Shown: positions 1-9,753, numbered from the stretch's first letter. The stretch is 64,000 nt of DNA from Candidatus Multivoradales bacterium (GCA_965223325.1 CBDCWI010000001.1:1088001-1152000); one strand, 5' to 3'. Made by a program: numbers and translations. Notes: a model not told the origin generated them from the letters alone.

Positions 1-1
1 C

Positions 2-1306
2 GGTGACCGGGGTCGAATTCGCCTGGGTAGCTTTGAAGTGCCGGCTCGTGAGCGGCTTGGCCCTGGCGATCTCGGTCGACCAGAGCTCTTTGCCCGTCTT
101 CTTGTCGAACGCGAGAACTCGCCAGCTATGCAGCAGGTCGTCGGTGACCGTCTCGCCTGAGCCGGTGTCGCCTACCCGCAGATCTTCCTGGTGATCGGCA
201 ACCGCAGTGGTGAGAAACACCTTGTCTCCCCACACGACGGGACTCGAGTTGCCCAGGCCCGGTATCTCGACCGCAAAGCGGACGTTCTCGCCGGTCTTGA
301 TGTTCCAGGTGGTCGGAGTCGGCGTCCCATCACCGATCCCGTCACCGTCGTTTCCGCGAAAGCCGGCCCAGTTGCGCGTGTGGCGCGTCTTTGCCTGCCA
401 GGCCACTCGCTCACTCGCCACTCTCGCTCGCCGGTCGACGGCGTCGATCGGCTCGGCGACACTCCGCCGCAGCATCTCGGTTTCGGTTCCCGGCACCATC
501 AGGTAGATCCCTTCGACCAGGCCGAAACGTCCCCAGAAACTCGCTTCGATGGCCAGTGCCTCATCGCTCGCCGGTCGAAACGTGACTTCGGCCATTCCGG
601 CCAGGCCGCCCTCGACGACTTTCAGTTCGACCGGCGCGCCCCCGTCGAGGCTCAGCCAGAGCTTGTCGCCGCGCCGGGTGGCTCGAGCCGAGGTGTCCGA
701 CGCCCAGCCTTCGAAGTGACCGACCAGCCGATCGAGCTCAGCGGTGCTGAGCGTCGGTACCGGCGGATCGGGACGCGTCCTGGCGGTCTCGAGCAGCGAA
801 GTGAGAGGGCCGTCGTTCTGGTCTCGAAGTCTCGAAACGGTGGACTCGTTGATAGGACCCGCGTCGATGACCGCCCGCGCCAGATCGAGATCGGAGCTTC
901 TCACCGCGAAGGCAAGCGCCCCCTCTCGGCTCTCGGCGCCGAGCTCGAGCAGCAGCCGCGCCATGTCGAGATCGCCATTGCCAAGCGCGGTTTCGAGAGG
1001 CCGTGAGTCATAGAAGCTCTCGGCGGCGTTGACACTGGCTCCGCGCTCAGCCAGGAGGCGCACGACCTCGGTGTGCCCGGCGCGTGCGGCGAGAAACAGG
1101 GCCGTCGCGCCATAGCGATCGCCGGCTTCGAGGTCGGCGCCGGCGGTGAGCGCCCTATGGACGGCTGAGAGGTCGCCTTGGCGAGCCGCCTCGCGCAGAG
1201 CCTCATCGCTTTGAGCAACAAGGGCGGCCGGCAAAAGGGCGAGCACCTGGAATAAGACCAGACCGGCGGCGAGAACGATAAGGCAGGATCGATTTCGGTT
1301 CTTCAT
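2..1306 (-). CDS. Secreted ankyrin-repeat + PQQ/BamB-like beta-propeller protein (3' end runs off window)
   Basis: Hand-translated, absent from ORF track: MKNRNRSCLIVLAAGLVLFQ signal peptide; ankyrin repeats (LREAARQGDL..., GATALFLAARAGHTEVVRLLAERGA); later WAGFRGNDGDG, GLGNSSPVVWGDKVF and AFDKKTGKELW propeller motifs. Confidence 0.85.
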   Translation of the reverse strand, partial: MKNRNRSCLIVLAAGLVLFQVLALLPAALVAQSDEALREAARQGDLSAVHRALTAGADLEAGDRYGATALFLAARAGHTEVVRLLAERGASVNAAESFYDSRPLETALGNGDLDMARLLLELGAESREGALAFAVRSSDLDLARAVIDAGPINESTVSRLRDQNDGPLTSLLETARTRPDPPVPTLSTAELDRLVGHFEGWASDTSARATRRGDKLWLSLDGGAPVELKVVEGGLAGMAEVTFRPASDEALAIEASFWGRFGLVEGIYLMVPGTETEMLRRSVAEPIDAVDRRARVASERVAWQAKTRHTRNWAGFRGNDGDGIGDGTPTPTTWNIKTGENVRFAVEIPGLGNSSPVVWGDKVFLTTAVADHQEDLRVGDTGSGETVTDDLLHSWRVLAFDKKTGKELWSTEIARAKPLTSRHFKATQANSTPVT

Positions 1307-1367
1307 GTCTTCATCCAGGTAGGCGCTTCGGCGTCTTCGCTCGGCGCGCGCGAGTCTGAGCTCTGAC

Positions 1368-3092
1368 CTAACCGATGGCGCGATATGAAAAGACGAGGTA
1401 GAGACCGAGCAGCAAAGCTGCCCAGAAGACGGTTGTACCGGTTGGCCAGGGTTCGCCCAACCGGCCCGCCGGGCTGTGTAGCCTCGCGACTTCGGCAAGG
1501 CCGCGCGATAGGAGGCTCTGGAAGAACGAGGTCACCGTTTCGGCGACCCGGCGCGCGATGGCTAGACCGGCGCGGCTCGAGCCAGGCACGGCGCGGCGCC
1601 ATAGCCAGTCGACATCGATGTTGGTCGAGCGTAGCTCTGGCGGGTAGATGCCGGTCAGCATGAGGCTGACGAAGGCGAGGGCGGAGAAGAAGAGGAGTTG
1701 GAGCTGGGTCACGACGTGGGTCGTCGTGTAGGGCTCGTAGGAGACTTCGTAGGGCAAGAGCGCGTAGAGAGCGTCGGGGAAGCAGCCAATGGCGACACAG
1801 AGGGCGGCGGCGAGGGCCATTGCGGCGAGCATGTTGGCGGGGGCTTCTTTGGGCCGCAGGCCGGAGTCGTGACCGAAGAAGGCGAAGAAGGGGATCTTGA
1901 TGCCGGCATGGTGGAAGACGCCGGCCGAGGCGAAGAGCAGCGCCAGCCAAACCCAGGCGTGACCCTGATGTGCGGCTTCGGCCATCACCATCGACTTCGA
2001 AACGAAGCCGGAAAAGAGCGGGAAGGCCGAGATCGAGGCAGCGCCGACCATGCAGAAACCGGCGGTTGCAGGCATGGTTTTGTACAGGCCCCCGAGGTCG
2101 GAACCGTTGATGCGGCCGGTGCGCATGAGCACGGCGCCCATGGTCATGAAAAGCAGGCCTTTGAAGATCACGTCGTTGAATGCGTGGGCAACCGCACCGT
2201 TGACACCCATGCCCGGGCCGAGGCCGATGCCGACCACCATGAAGCCGATCTGGTTGATCATGCTGTAGCCGAGAACGCGGCGCAGATCGTTCTCGATGAC
2301 CGCGTAGAAGATCGGGAACATGGCCATCGTTGCACCAACCAGGATCAGGCCTTCGAAGCCGGCGAACATCCGCGCCAGGGCGTAGACCGCCACCTTGGTG
2401 GTGAACGATGTCAAGAACACTGCGCCGGTCGGTGTGGCGGTGGGATAGCCGTCAACCAGCCAGGTGTGGGCGCCCGGGAAGGCGGCCTTGATTCCGAAGG
2501 CAAAAAGTAGACACCATGCGGCCGGGCCGGCAACGAGCGTGCCGCTCTCGCCAACGAACGACACCAAGGCCAGCGACCCGCTTTCGACCCAGGCGAGGCC
2601 GGCACCGGCAAGCAGTAAGAGGCCCGAGGTCACGTGCATCATCAAATAGCGCATGCCCGAGGCGACGGCTTGTTCCGTGCGACTCGCCCAGATCAAGAAG
2701 ACCGAAGTGATCGCCAGCAATTCCCAGAACACGAACAGCGTCACCAGGTCGCCGGCGAGGACCGCACCGATGGCGGCGCCGGCGTAGGAGAGCGCCATCA
2801 CGTTCTGCAACGTGTCGCGCACGTGGAGCGCGTAGAGCGCGCCGAGGAACGCCGCGAGATGGAACAGGAGAACGAACAGCCTGCTCAACGCATCGAGGCG
2901 CAGCACCTGGAGTTCGAGGCCACCGATCGTTAGCGACCAGGCAGCGCCGAGGTCGAGGCGTAGGAAGACCAGCAGACTCAGGACCGGCAAGAGAAGCGAA
3001 CCGGCCGCGCGCGCGCGGTGAGGCAGCACCCACAAAAGGAGCGGCCCGAGCAACAGAACGAGAGCCGGATGGAGAGCGGGTAACTCAGCCAT
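1368..3092 (-). CDS. mrpD: Mrp Na+/H+ antiporter subunit D paralog 3
   Basis: Proton_antipo_M motifs FWELL, GIKAAFPGAHTWL, LGYSMINQIG; start reassigned to MAELP, which overlaps the upstream stop. Confidence 0.9.
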   Translation of the reverse strand: MAELPALHPALVLLLGPLLLWVLPHRARAAGSLLLPVLSLLVFLRLDLGAAWSLTIGGLELQVLRLDALSRLFVLLFHLAAFLGALYALHVRDTLQNVMALSYAGAAIGAVLAGDLVTLFVFWELLAITSVFLIWASRTEQAVASGMRYLMMHVTSGLLLLAGAGLAWVESGSLALVSFVGESGTLVAGPAAWCLLFAFGIKAAFPGAHTWLVDGYPTATPTGAVFLTSFTTKVAVYALARMFAGFEGLILVGATMAMFPIFYAVIENDLRRVLGYSMINQIGFMVVGIGLGPGMGVNGAVAHAFNDVIFKGLLFMTMGAVLMRTGRINGSDLGGLYKTMPATAGFCMVGAASISAFPLFSGFVSKSMVMAEAAHQGHAWVWLALLFASAGVFHHAGIKIPFFAFFGHDSGLRPKEAPANMLAAMALAAALCVAIGCFPDALYALLPYEVSYEPYTTTHVVTQLQLLFFSALAFVSLMLTGIYPPELRSTNIDVDWLWRRAVPGSSRAGLAIARRVAETVTSFFQSLLSRGLAEVARLHSPAGRLGEPWPTGTTVFWAALLLGLYLVFSYRAIG

Positions 3093-3591
3093 CGTGACCC
3101 TCCCCGGCCGCAGCGCCACCGTCACTCGCTGCGTGACCGCCGTGCCCGTGGCCGTGCGGCAACGCCACCTGCGGCGGCGGCTCGAGACCGAGACCCGAAG
3201 CGTCAAAGGTCGCAGACTCGCGGTAGTACACCTCAGAGCGGCCGATCACCCGCCGCATCTGCTTGGCGACCAGCACCAGAAGCACACAGGCGACAAACCC
3301 GTAGACGGGATAGAACGCCGGCCAATGTTCGGCTCTTTCAACGAAGGGCAGAATGCCGCTCTTCGCACTCGGAGCCGTACTGTGCTCAGTACCCTCATCA
3401 GCACTCTGATCGGCATCCTGCTCGATATCGTGCTCCACGCTCTCTACAACGTGCGCTTCTTCGAAGCTACCGTGACGGTGAACGACGAAGTCGAGCAGCA
3501 CGAAGATCGCGCAGGCCACCCAGAACACGTGGATCAATCGCTTGACGTTCTTCGGGTCATCCCAGAGATGTTGGCGTTCTTCGGCACTCAT
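3085..3591 (-). CDS. Small two-TM membrane protein within the mrp operon
   Basis: Two hydrophobic segments, FYPVYGFVACVLLVLVAK..RR motif, His/Gly-rich tail; overlaps both neighbours. Confidence 0.8.
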   Translation of the reverse strand: MSAEERQHLWDDPKNVKRLIHVFWVACAIFVLLDFVVHRHGSFEEAHVVESVEHDIEQDADQSADEGTEHSTAPSAKSGILPFVERAEHWPAFYPVYGFVACVLLVLVAKQMRRVIGRSEVYYRESATFDASGLGLEPPPQVALPHGHGHGGHAASDGGAAAGEGHDG

Positions 3592-5150
3592 GGTGCACCT
3601 CCCGCGACTCCGGTGGTTGATGCAGCCAGACCGTCGACACCCGGCAGAAGCCGCGCCAGTTCAATGAACGGATCGGGGTAGACAAACAACGCCACACACA
3701 AAAGCGCCGTGATGACCAGCGGTACCGTGACCATCGGCGGAGCCTCGGCGAAGCCCTCGTGCCCGCCGTGGCCGTGATGACCATGTTCTTTGTCCGTATC
3801 AGGCGGCAGGAAGAAGGCCCGCACCGCGATCGGCAACAGGTACAAAATGTTGAGCAGCGAGCTCACCATCAGCACAACAACCACCAACAACCGGTCACTC
3901 GAAAGCGCCCCTTCAACCAGGAACCACTTGCTCCACGAGCCGGCAAGCGGTGGCACGCCAACAATCGAGAGCGACGCCACCAGAAAGGCGCCCATCGTGA
4001 ATGGCATTCGTCGCCCCAGGCCCTGCATGTCTGGTATCTCGGTTTTGTGCGCCTTGACGTAGATCGCGCCGGCGCAGAAGAACAGGGTGATCTTGCCAAC
4101 GGCGTGGGTCACGATGTGAAGTGCCCCGCCGAGAACCGAAGCGCTGGTCGCCAGAGCCGCCCCGAGCACGATGTAGGACAGCTGACTGATCGTCGAATAG
4201 GCCAGCCGGCGCTTGAGATTCTGCTGCCCCAGTGCAACCAGGGACGCCGCCAGAATCGTGAAGCAGGCAACCCACACCAGGAACCGTCCACCCAGGAAAG
4301 AGCCGCTACCGACCTCGGCAAGGGTGCCAACGCCGAAGACGTAGACCACGACCTTCATCACCGTGAAAACGCCGGCCTTGACCACCGCCACCGCATGCAG
4401 GAGCGCCGAGACCGGCGTTGGCGCGACCATGGCTGCTGGCAGCCAACGATGAAACGGCATGAGGGCCGCCTTGCCAATGCCAAAGGCGTAGAGGGCGAGC
4501 AACAGGGTGACCGCTGCGGGCGAGAGTTCACCAGCCTCTACGGCATCGCGCAGAATGCCGCCGGCACTGAACTCGAGGGTTCCCGCCCACTGCCAGGTGA
4601 GCGCGATCGCCAGCAACAAGAAGGCGATCGAGGTCGTCACTAGAATACCGAGGTAGGTGCGACCCGAGCGCATCGCCTGTTCCGTTCGGTGATGGGTGAC
4701 CAACGGATAGGTCGAGAACGTCAGCACCTCATAGAACAAAAACAAGGTGAAGAGATTGCGCGCGAAGGCAATGCCGATGGCGGCAAAGATGGCGATGGCA
4801 AAACATACGAAGAAGCGCGTCTGGCCGGTCTCTTTGTGGGCGCGCATGTAGCCGAAGGCGTAGATCGAGGTGAGGATCCACAGCCCGCTGGCGACAATCG
4901 CGAAGATCATGCCCAGCGGCTCGGCGCGAAACGCCAGATCCCAGCCCTTCCAGACCGAAAACAGAACCGCCTCGGGTTCGGCGGCAGAACGCACCGCAGG
5001 CAGCACCTTGAGCACCGCCCAGAAAGTGGCCGCCGAGATGGCAACCGTTGTCGCATCGCGCAGGTTGGGGAGCTTGCCAACCAAAGCGACCAGGAAGGCG
5101 CCGGCAAGCGGCAGACCCAGCGACCACAAGAGCGCTTGTTCAGGAGTCAT
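3588..5150 (-). CDS. mrpD: Mrp antiporter subunit D paralog 2
   Basis: FYEVL, GKAALMPFHRWLPAAMVAPTPVSALLHAVAVVKAG, RRLAYSTISQL. Confidence 0.92.
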   Translation of the reverse strand: MTPEQALLWSLGLPLAGAFLVALVGKLPNLRDATTVAISAATFWAVLKVLPAVRSAAEPEAVLFSVWKGWDLAFRAEPLGMIFAIVASGLWILTSIYAFGYMRAHKETGQTRFFVCFAIAIFAAIGIAFARNLFTLFLFYEVLTFSTYPLVTHHRTEQAMRSGRTYLGILVTTSIAFLLLAIALTWQWAGTLEFSAGGILRDAVEAGELSPAAVTLLLALYAFGIGKAALMPFHRWLPAAMVAPTPVSALLHAVAVVKAGVFTVMKVVVYVFGVGTLAEVGSGSFLGGRFLVWVACFTILAASLVALGQQNLKRRLAYSTISQLSYIVLGAALATSASVLGGALHIVTHAVGKITLFFCAGAIYVKAHKTEIPDMQGLGRRMPFTMGAFLVASLSIVGVPPLAGSWSKWFLVEGALSSDRLLVVVVLMVSSLLNILYLLPIAVRAFFLPPDTDKEHGHHGHGGHEGFAEAPPMVTVPLVITALLCVALFVYPDPFIELARLLPGVDGLAASTTGVAGGAP

Positions 5151-6622
5151 GGCATGCCTCCCAGGAGCCGTGCTGCGGCTTCGCTCGCCACGCTCGAGGT
5201 CAACGAGGCGTAGAGGCCGAAGAAGACGGTCGCACCAATCAGGGTCCAGGCGGGAATGAGCATCGAAAGCGGTGCCTTCGCCGCTCCCCCGTCGCCGTCA
5301 GGTTCGCGAAAATACATCGCCTCGATGACCCGCCAGATGTAGACCACCGCGAGCAGCGAGCTCAAGAGGATGAGCGCCGCCACCCACCACCAGCCGGCCT
5401 CGAGCGCCCCCACGACCAGGTACCACTTGCTCACGAAGCCCACCGTTCCCGGCACCCCGATCAGCGACAGGCCACCCACGACAAACGCCGCCGCCGTCCA
5501 TGGCATGCGCTTGCCAAGGCCTTTGAGGTGCGCGAGGGTCGCGCCTCCCAACTGCGCGCCGATGATCGCCATCACCAGGAAGAGCCCGCTCTTCATCAGG
5601 CCATGGTTGAAGAGGTGAACGAGACCACCGGTCAGTCCGCTGGTTGTCGCCGTGGCCAGGCCGAGGGTCATGTAACCGACCTGCGCAATCGACGAGTAGG
5701 CCAGCATTCGTTTGATGTCGTTCTGGTAGATCGCCGCGAGCGATGCCACGAACATCGCCAGGAGCGAGAGCGGCAGGAGGAGCCAGTGCAGCCGCAGCAC
5801 GTCGAAGACGAAGACGGCGCCAAACACCGTGAACAGAAACCGCAAGAGCACGTAGTACGACACCTTGGTCGCCGTGCCGGCCAGGAAGGCCGACACCTGC
5901 GATGGGGCGTAGCTGTAGGCGTTCGGTAGCCACTGATGGAGCGGGAAGACGGCGAGCTTGATCGACAGGCCAACGACCAGGAAGGCGAAGGCGACCTCGA
6001 GGGTGCGGCTGCCATAGAGCGTCGGCAGGAGCATCGCCAGGTCGCTCAGGTTGAGCGTGCCGGTCATCTGGTAGAGGCCGCCAATGCCGAGCAGCACGAA
6101 CGTGCCGCCGAGCGTTCCCATGATCAGGTAGGAGAACGCGGCCATCAGCGAGCGCCTTCCCCGTCCCATGCTGATCAACGAGTACGACGCCAACGAAGAA
6201 ATCTCGAGAAAGACGAAGGTGTTGAATGCGTCGGCGGTGGCGGTCATCCCGAGTAGCCCTGCCAGGCAAAGCAGGTACGCCGCATAGAACAAGTACTTGC
6301 GCTCGAAGGAAATGCGCGAGCCGCTACCGCGAGGGTCGAACAGCAGGACGACCGCAGCGATCAGGGTCACCACCACGAGCACGAAGGCGTTGGTGACCGT
6401 GATCCGGTACTCGATACCGAGGGGCGGTGGCCAGCCGCCCAACGCGTACGACCAGTCGCCGTCGGAACGAACGCGCTCGAGCAGCGTGAGCGCGACGCCA
6501 AAGCTCGCCCATGCCACACCCGTCGCCAGCCAACGCGCCATCACAGTGTTGCGCAAGAGCAGACACACCGGCGCTGCCAGGAGGGGAAGGACCACCTGGA
6601 TGATGGGCAGGTGGTCGCTCAC
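5147..6622 (-). CDS. mrpD: Mrp antiporter subunit D paralog 1
   Basis: DAFNTFVFLEISSL, IKLAVFPLHQWLPNAYSYAP, KRMLAYSSIAQVGY. Confidence 0.92.
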   Translation of the reverse strand: MSDHLPIIQVVLPLLAAPVCLLLRNTVMARWLATGVAWASFGVALTLLERVRSDGDWSYALGGWPPPLGIEYRITVTNAFVLVVVTLIAAVVLLFDPRGSGSRISFERKYLFYAAYLLCLAGLLGMTATADAFNTFVFLEISSLASYSLISMGRGRRSLMAAFSYLIMGTLGGTFVLLGIGGLYQMTGTLNLSDLAMLLPTLYGSRTLEVAFAFLVVGLSIKLAVFPLHQWLPNAYSYAPSQVSAFLAGTATKVSYYVLLRFLFTVFGAVFVFDVLRLHWLLLPLSLLAMFVASLAAIYQNDIKRMLAYSSIAQVGYMTLGLATATTSGLTGGLVHLFNHGLMKSGLFLVMAIIGAQLGGATLAHLKGLGKRMPWTAAAFVVGGLSLIGVPGTVGFVSKWYLVVGALEAGWWWVAALILLSSLLAVVYIWRVIEAMYFREPDGDGGAAKAPLSMLIPAWTLIGATVFFGLYASLTSSVASEAAARLLGGMP

Positions 6623-7008
6623 GCGACCTTCCGGTGGGGTTCTTCGAGATCGAGCTGGACGATCTCGTCTTCTTCAACGGTGCCGTATTCCTGGCGAATG
6701 CGCACAACGATCGCCAAGGCAAGCGCAGTCACCGCTACACCAACGACAATGGCGGTGAGCATCAAGACATGCGGCAGTGGGTTGGAGTACAAGACCTCGC
6801 CGTGGGCCGCTCCGTGATCGCCCTCGATGAGAATTGGCGCAGTTCCACCCTGCACCTTGCCCATCGCAACGTAGTAGAGAATCGCTGACGACTGGAAGAT
6901 GTTGAGCCCCATCACCTTCTTGACCAGGTTGTCGCGCGCAACGACGGTGTAGACGCCCGTCATCATCAAGGCGATGATCACCCAGTAGATCCATAGGCCG
7001 GCGTTCAT
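6619..7008 (-). CDS. mrpC: Mrp antiporter subunit C
   Basis: NLVKKVMGLNIFQ, NPLPHVLMLTAIVVGVA. Confidence 0.93.
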   Translation of the reverse strand: MNAGLWIYWVIIALMMTGVYTVVARDNLVKKVMGLNIFQSSAILYYVAMGKVQGGTAPILIEGDHGAAHGEVLYSNPLPHVLMLTAIVVGVAVTALALAIVVRIRQEYGTVEEDEIVQLDLEEPHRKVA

Positions 7009-7511
7009 CGCGCAGCTCCCCTGCCACCGTCTCCACCGCCCTCGACCCGCCGGGCTGCACCAGCGAACAGTAAGAAGAGCAAGGAGATCGAGGATGCAAC
7101 GGTGATCCCGACGCCGAGTTCAATGATAAAGATGCCCCAGTGCTGACCAAGACCAAACGGCAGAGCGTCGTAGTCGAGATAGGTGCCACCGCCCAACATC
7201 GCGACGACGCCGGTGCCACCGTAGAGCAGCGCACCCGCCGCCATCAGCCGCTCGAGAACCCGCGGCGGAACCGCTTGCGTGAGCGCCCGGAGGCCGAAGA
7301 CCAGGGCATAGAGAATCAGGCCGGCCGCGAAGATCACCCCGGCCTGGAAGCCCCCGCCAGGCCCGAAGTCACCGTGGAACTGCACGTACAACCCGAACAG
7401 CAGGATGAACGGAATCATCAGGCGCGCCGAGAGGTTGGGAATCAACTTCTCGGGCATGCGCATCGGGCGGTGGCCCCGCTTGCCTTCATTGTTGTCGGGT
7501 AGCGGCGGCAC
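7005..7511 (-). CDS. mrpB: Mrp antiporter subunit B
   Basis: HGDFGPGGGFQAGVI motif; start could be slightly downstream (MRMPEK). Confidence 0.9.
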   Translation of the reverse strand: MPPLPDNNEGKRGHRPMRMPEKLIPNLSARLMIPFILLFGLYVQFHGDFGPGGGFQAGVIFAAGLILYALVFGLRALTQAVPPRVLERLMAAGALLYGGTGVVAMLGGGTYLDYDALPFGLGQHWGIFIIELGVGITVASSISLLFLLFAGAARRVEGGGDGGRGAAR

Positions 7512-8089
7512 TATCGACCCCTCTCGGGACTATCGTCGGGCCGTTCAGGGTCGAGGGAGCGCGGCAGCGGGCCCAGCAACATGAGAACACCGACTGCAGC
7601 CGTGACAATCACCAGAGTCTCGCCGAGGGTGTCGTAACCGCGATAGCTGCCGAGGACCGCGGTCACCACATTGGGAATGTGGATGTCCTCGTGCGTTCCC
7701 TCGATGTACTCGGGCGCTACGTGGTGATGAATCGGCGCATCCGGGTCGCCATAACTCGGCATGTCGAGCGTGCCGTAAACCAGCGCCCCGCCCATCAAGA
7801 GAACCACCACCAGCGGACGCAACCGGAAGGGCTGCTGGTTCTCGGTGCGCGCGGTGATCGACAACGTGCTGAGAATCAGAACGGTGGTGATGCCGGCACC
7901 CACCGCCGCCTCGGTGAACGCGACGTCAACCGCGTCCATCAAGGTGAAGAGCCCTGCCGATAGCAAACTGAAGATACCGGTCAACATGCCGGCGGCGAAC
8001 AGATCTTTGAGCCGCGCCACCATCATCGCCATGACGAGAAGAAAGAGCGCCAGGGGTAGTTCGACAGGTACCGAGATGTCGCCCATCAC
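7511..8089 (-). CDS. MrpB-associated subunit (DUF4040 / MrpA C-terminal-like)
   Basis: AVDVAFTEAAVGAG and PNVVTAVLGSYRGYDTLGE motifs. Confidence 0.88.
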   Translation of the reverse strand: MMGDISVPVELPLALFLLVMAMMVARLKDLFAAGMLTGIFSLLSAGLFTLMDAVDVAFTEAAVGAGITTVLILSTLSITARTENQQPFRLRPLVVVLLMGGALVYGTLDMPSYGDPDAPIHHHVAPEYIEGTHEDIHIPNVVTAVLGSYRGYDTLGETLVIVTAAVGVLMLLGPLPRSLDPERPDDSPERGR

Positions 8090-8460
8090 GGCTCCCCCTC
8101 GCCCTGCGTCTTCTCGGAAGTTTCCAGGCCATACTCGACGACGCGACCGGGCTCAGAACTCTCCGGGTCGAAGCGAATGCCCTGTGCGTAGGCAGCCTTG
8201 GCAAGCGCATGGCTGGCGACAGGGGCCGTCATCCACAAGAACGCTAGAGCAATGAGCAACTTGGCCGCTTCCTGTGACGGACCGGCGTAGAAGGTCAAAC
8301 CGAGCAGGGTGAAGCCAGCCCCGAAGGTATCTGTGACTCCGGCCGCGTGGATGCGAGAGTAGAAGTCAGGCATGCGAACGATGCCAATGGCGCCGATGAC
8401 GCAGAACGAGGCACCGATCAGCAAGAACACGTGGCCAGCGATCTCGAAGAAGGCACTCAT
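8086..8460 (-). CDS. mrpG: Mrp antiporter subunit G
   Basis: GIVRMPDFYSRIHAAGVTDT, TAPVASHALAKAA. Confidence 0.93.
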   Translation of the reverse strand: MSAFFEIAGHVFLLIGASFCVIGAIGIVRMPDFYSRIHAAGVTDTFGAGFTLLGLTFYAGPSQEAAKLLIALAFLWMTAPVASHALAKAAYAQGIRFDPESSEPGRVVEYGLETSEKTQGEGEP

Positions 8461-8768
8461 CTGTTGCTCTCCCGCTCCGCCGCTATGCGCCGACCCGAAC
8501 GGCGGTCGTCGAACGAAAGGTTGCCGAACCGTGAGAAGCGCAACACCGCAATCACGCCGATGAAATTCATCAGGGCGTAGACCAGCGCCAGGTCGAGAAA
8601 GTCGGGCCGCCCGGTCAGAAAGCCGACGATCGCAATCAAGAGCACTGTTTTGGTGCCGAACATGTTGAGCGCCACGATGCGGTCGAACGCGCTTGGGCCC
8701 GCACTCGCCCGCACCAGGGCCAGTGCCATGGTCACCACCACGCCGACGATCGCCGAAACCAGGATCAT
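8457..8768 (-). CDS. mrpF: Mrp antiporter subunit F
   Basis: RASAGPSAFDRIVALN, LDLALVYALMNFIG. Confidence 0.93.
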   Translation of the reverse strand: MILVSAIVGVVVTMALALVRASAGPSAFDRIVALNMFGTKTVLLIAIVGFLTGRPDFLDLALVYALMNFIGVIAVLRFSRFGNLSFDDRRSGRRIAAERESNR

Positions 8769-9283
8769 GAGCTCGACGCTCCGGGCGTGCCGCCCTCGAG
8801 GCGAACGACGGCGCGATTGAACTCGCCGTTGATCACCGACTCTTCGGAGATCGGCCCGAGCGCGTGCACCAGAAGCTCGCCGTTTCTAAGGTCGAGGGTG
8901 AGGGTGCCGGGGGTCAACGTAATCGAATTCGCCAGCGTCACCTGTGCCCAGCTCGAGCGCGGAGCTGCTCTAAGGCGCAAGAGGCGCGGCGACATCGGCA
9001 TCTTGGGGTCGAGACACAAGCGCGCCACCCGAATGTTCGACCGGGTCAGTTTGGCGAGAAAGAAGAACAGGTAGGCCGGCACTCGCGTCAAGAGACCGAA
9101 GCCAGGGGCCACGTTGCCGTCTGGAAGATCTTCTGCAAGACGATCCATGCGGCGCACCAACCAGGCCACGGAGAGGCACGACAGCGCACCGAGCACGGGC
9201 AGCTGCGGATGATGCAGGCTCAGTGTCCCCGACCACAGAGCCCAGGCAAGAGCCAGAAAGAGAAGAATCGGGTAGGTGCGCAA
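8765..9283 (-). CDS. mrpE: Mrp antiporter subunit E
   Basis: LANSITLTPGTLT, LLVHAL; probable TTG start at 9283 preceded by GGAG. Confidence 0.88.
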   Translation of the reverse strand: MRTYPILLFLALAWALWSGTLSLHHPQLPVLGALSCLSVAWLVRRMDRLAEDLPDGNVAPGFGLLTRVPAYLFFFLAKLTRSNIRVARLCLDPKMPMSPRLLRLRAAPRSSWAQVTLANSITLTPGTLTLDLRNGELLVHALGPISEESVINGEFNRAVVRLEGGTPGASSS

Positions 9284-9451
9284 CGGATCTCCGGATGGAA
9301 CGCGCGAGGTCGCAACGAGCCACGGCACAACAAGCGTCGCGACGAACCGCGACGCGAACCACAGGCGCGACGAGAGCACAGTCGACCGTTGCCCGGTTCG
9401 CACGAATGTGCAACGGGCGACGACCCAACAACCAACAAGGAAAGTGACGGC

Positions 9452-9457
9452 AATATA
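9452..9457 (-). promoter_or_regulatory. Candidate -10 box (TATATT) for the mrp operon
   Basis: AT-rich hexamer about 170 nt upstream of mrpE, with TTGGCA 15 nt further upstream (non-ideal spacing). Confidence 0.35.
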
Positions 9458-9753
9458 CCCCACCGATCTTCCTGCCAAGGCCCCCTCACAGACGTCCCGG
9501 AACCCCACCAGGGAGCAAGCGAAAGAGCGTCGTCACCGAAGATGCGTCCTACGAACCGCCCGGGAAACGGCACTGCAGGGGACTCCTGTACGAGGGAATC
9601 CATCCACTCTCGGCCTGGCCCCGTTTTCGATTCTCGGAAACGCCGGATTCGTCCGCTCACACAAGCGCGGTCTCGGTATCGTCGATCGACCGTTTCCTTG
9701 ATTGTCGCGCCGCCTCTCCGCGTTCGGCCTCTACTCTCTGGAGATCTGCAGCA

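Noticed and set aside
191-1006. 271-aa plus-strand ORF and similar long Arg/His-rich ORFs (for example 30308-31627, 54500-55705, 59965-61152)
   Set aside because: Antisense shadows of real genes, expected at high GC; no family motifs.
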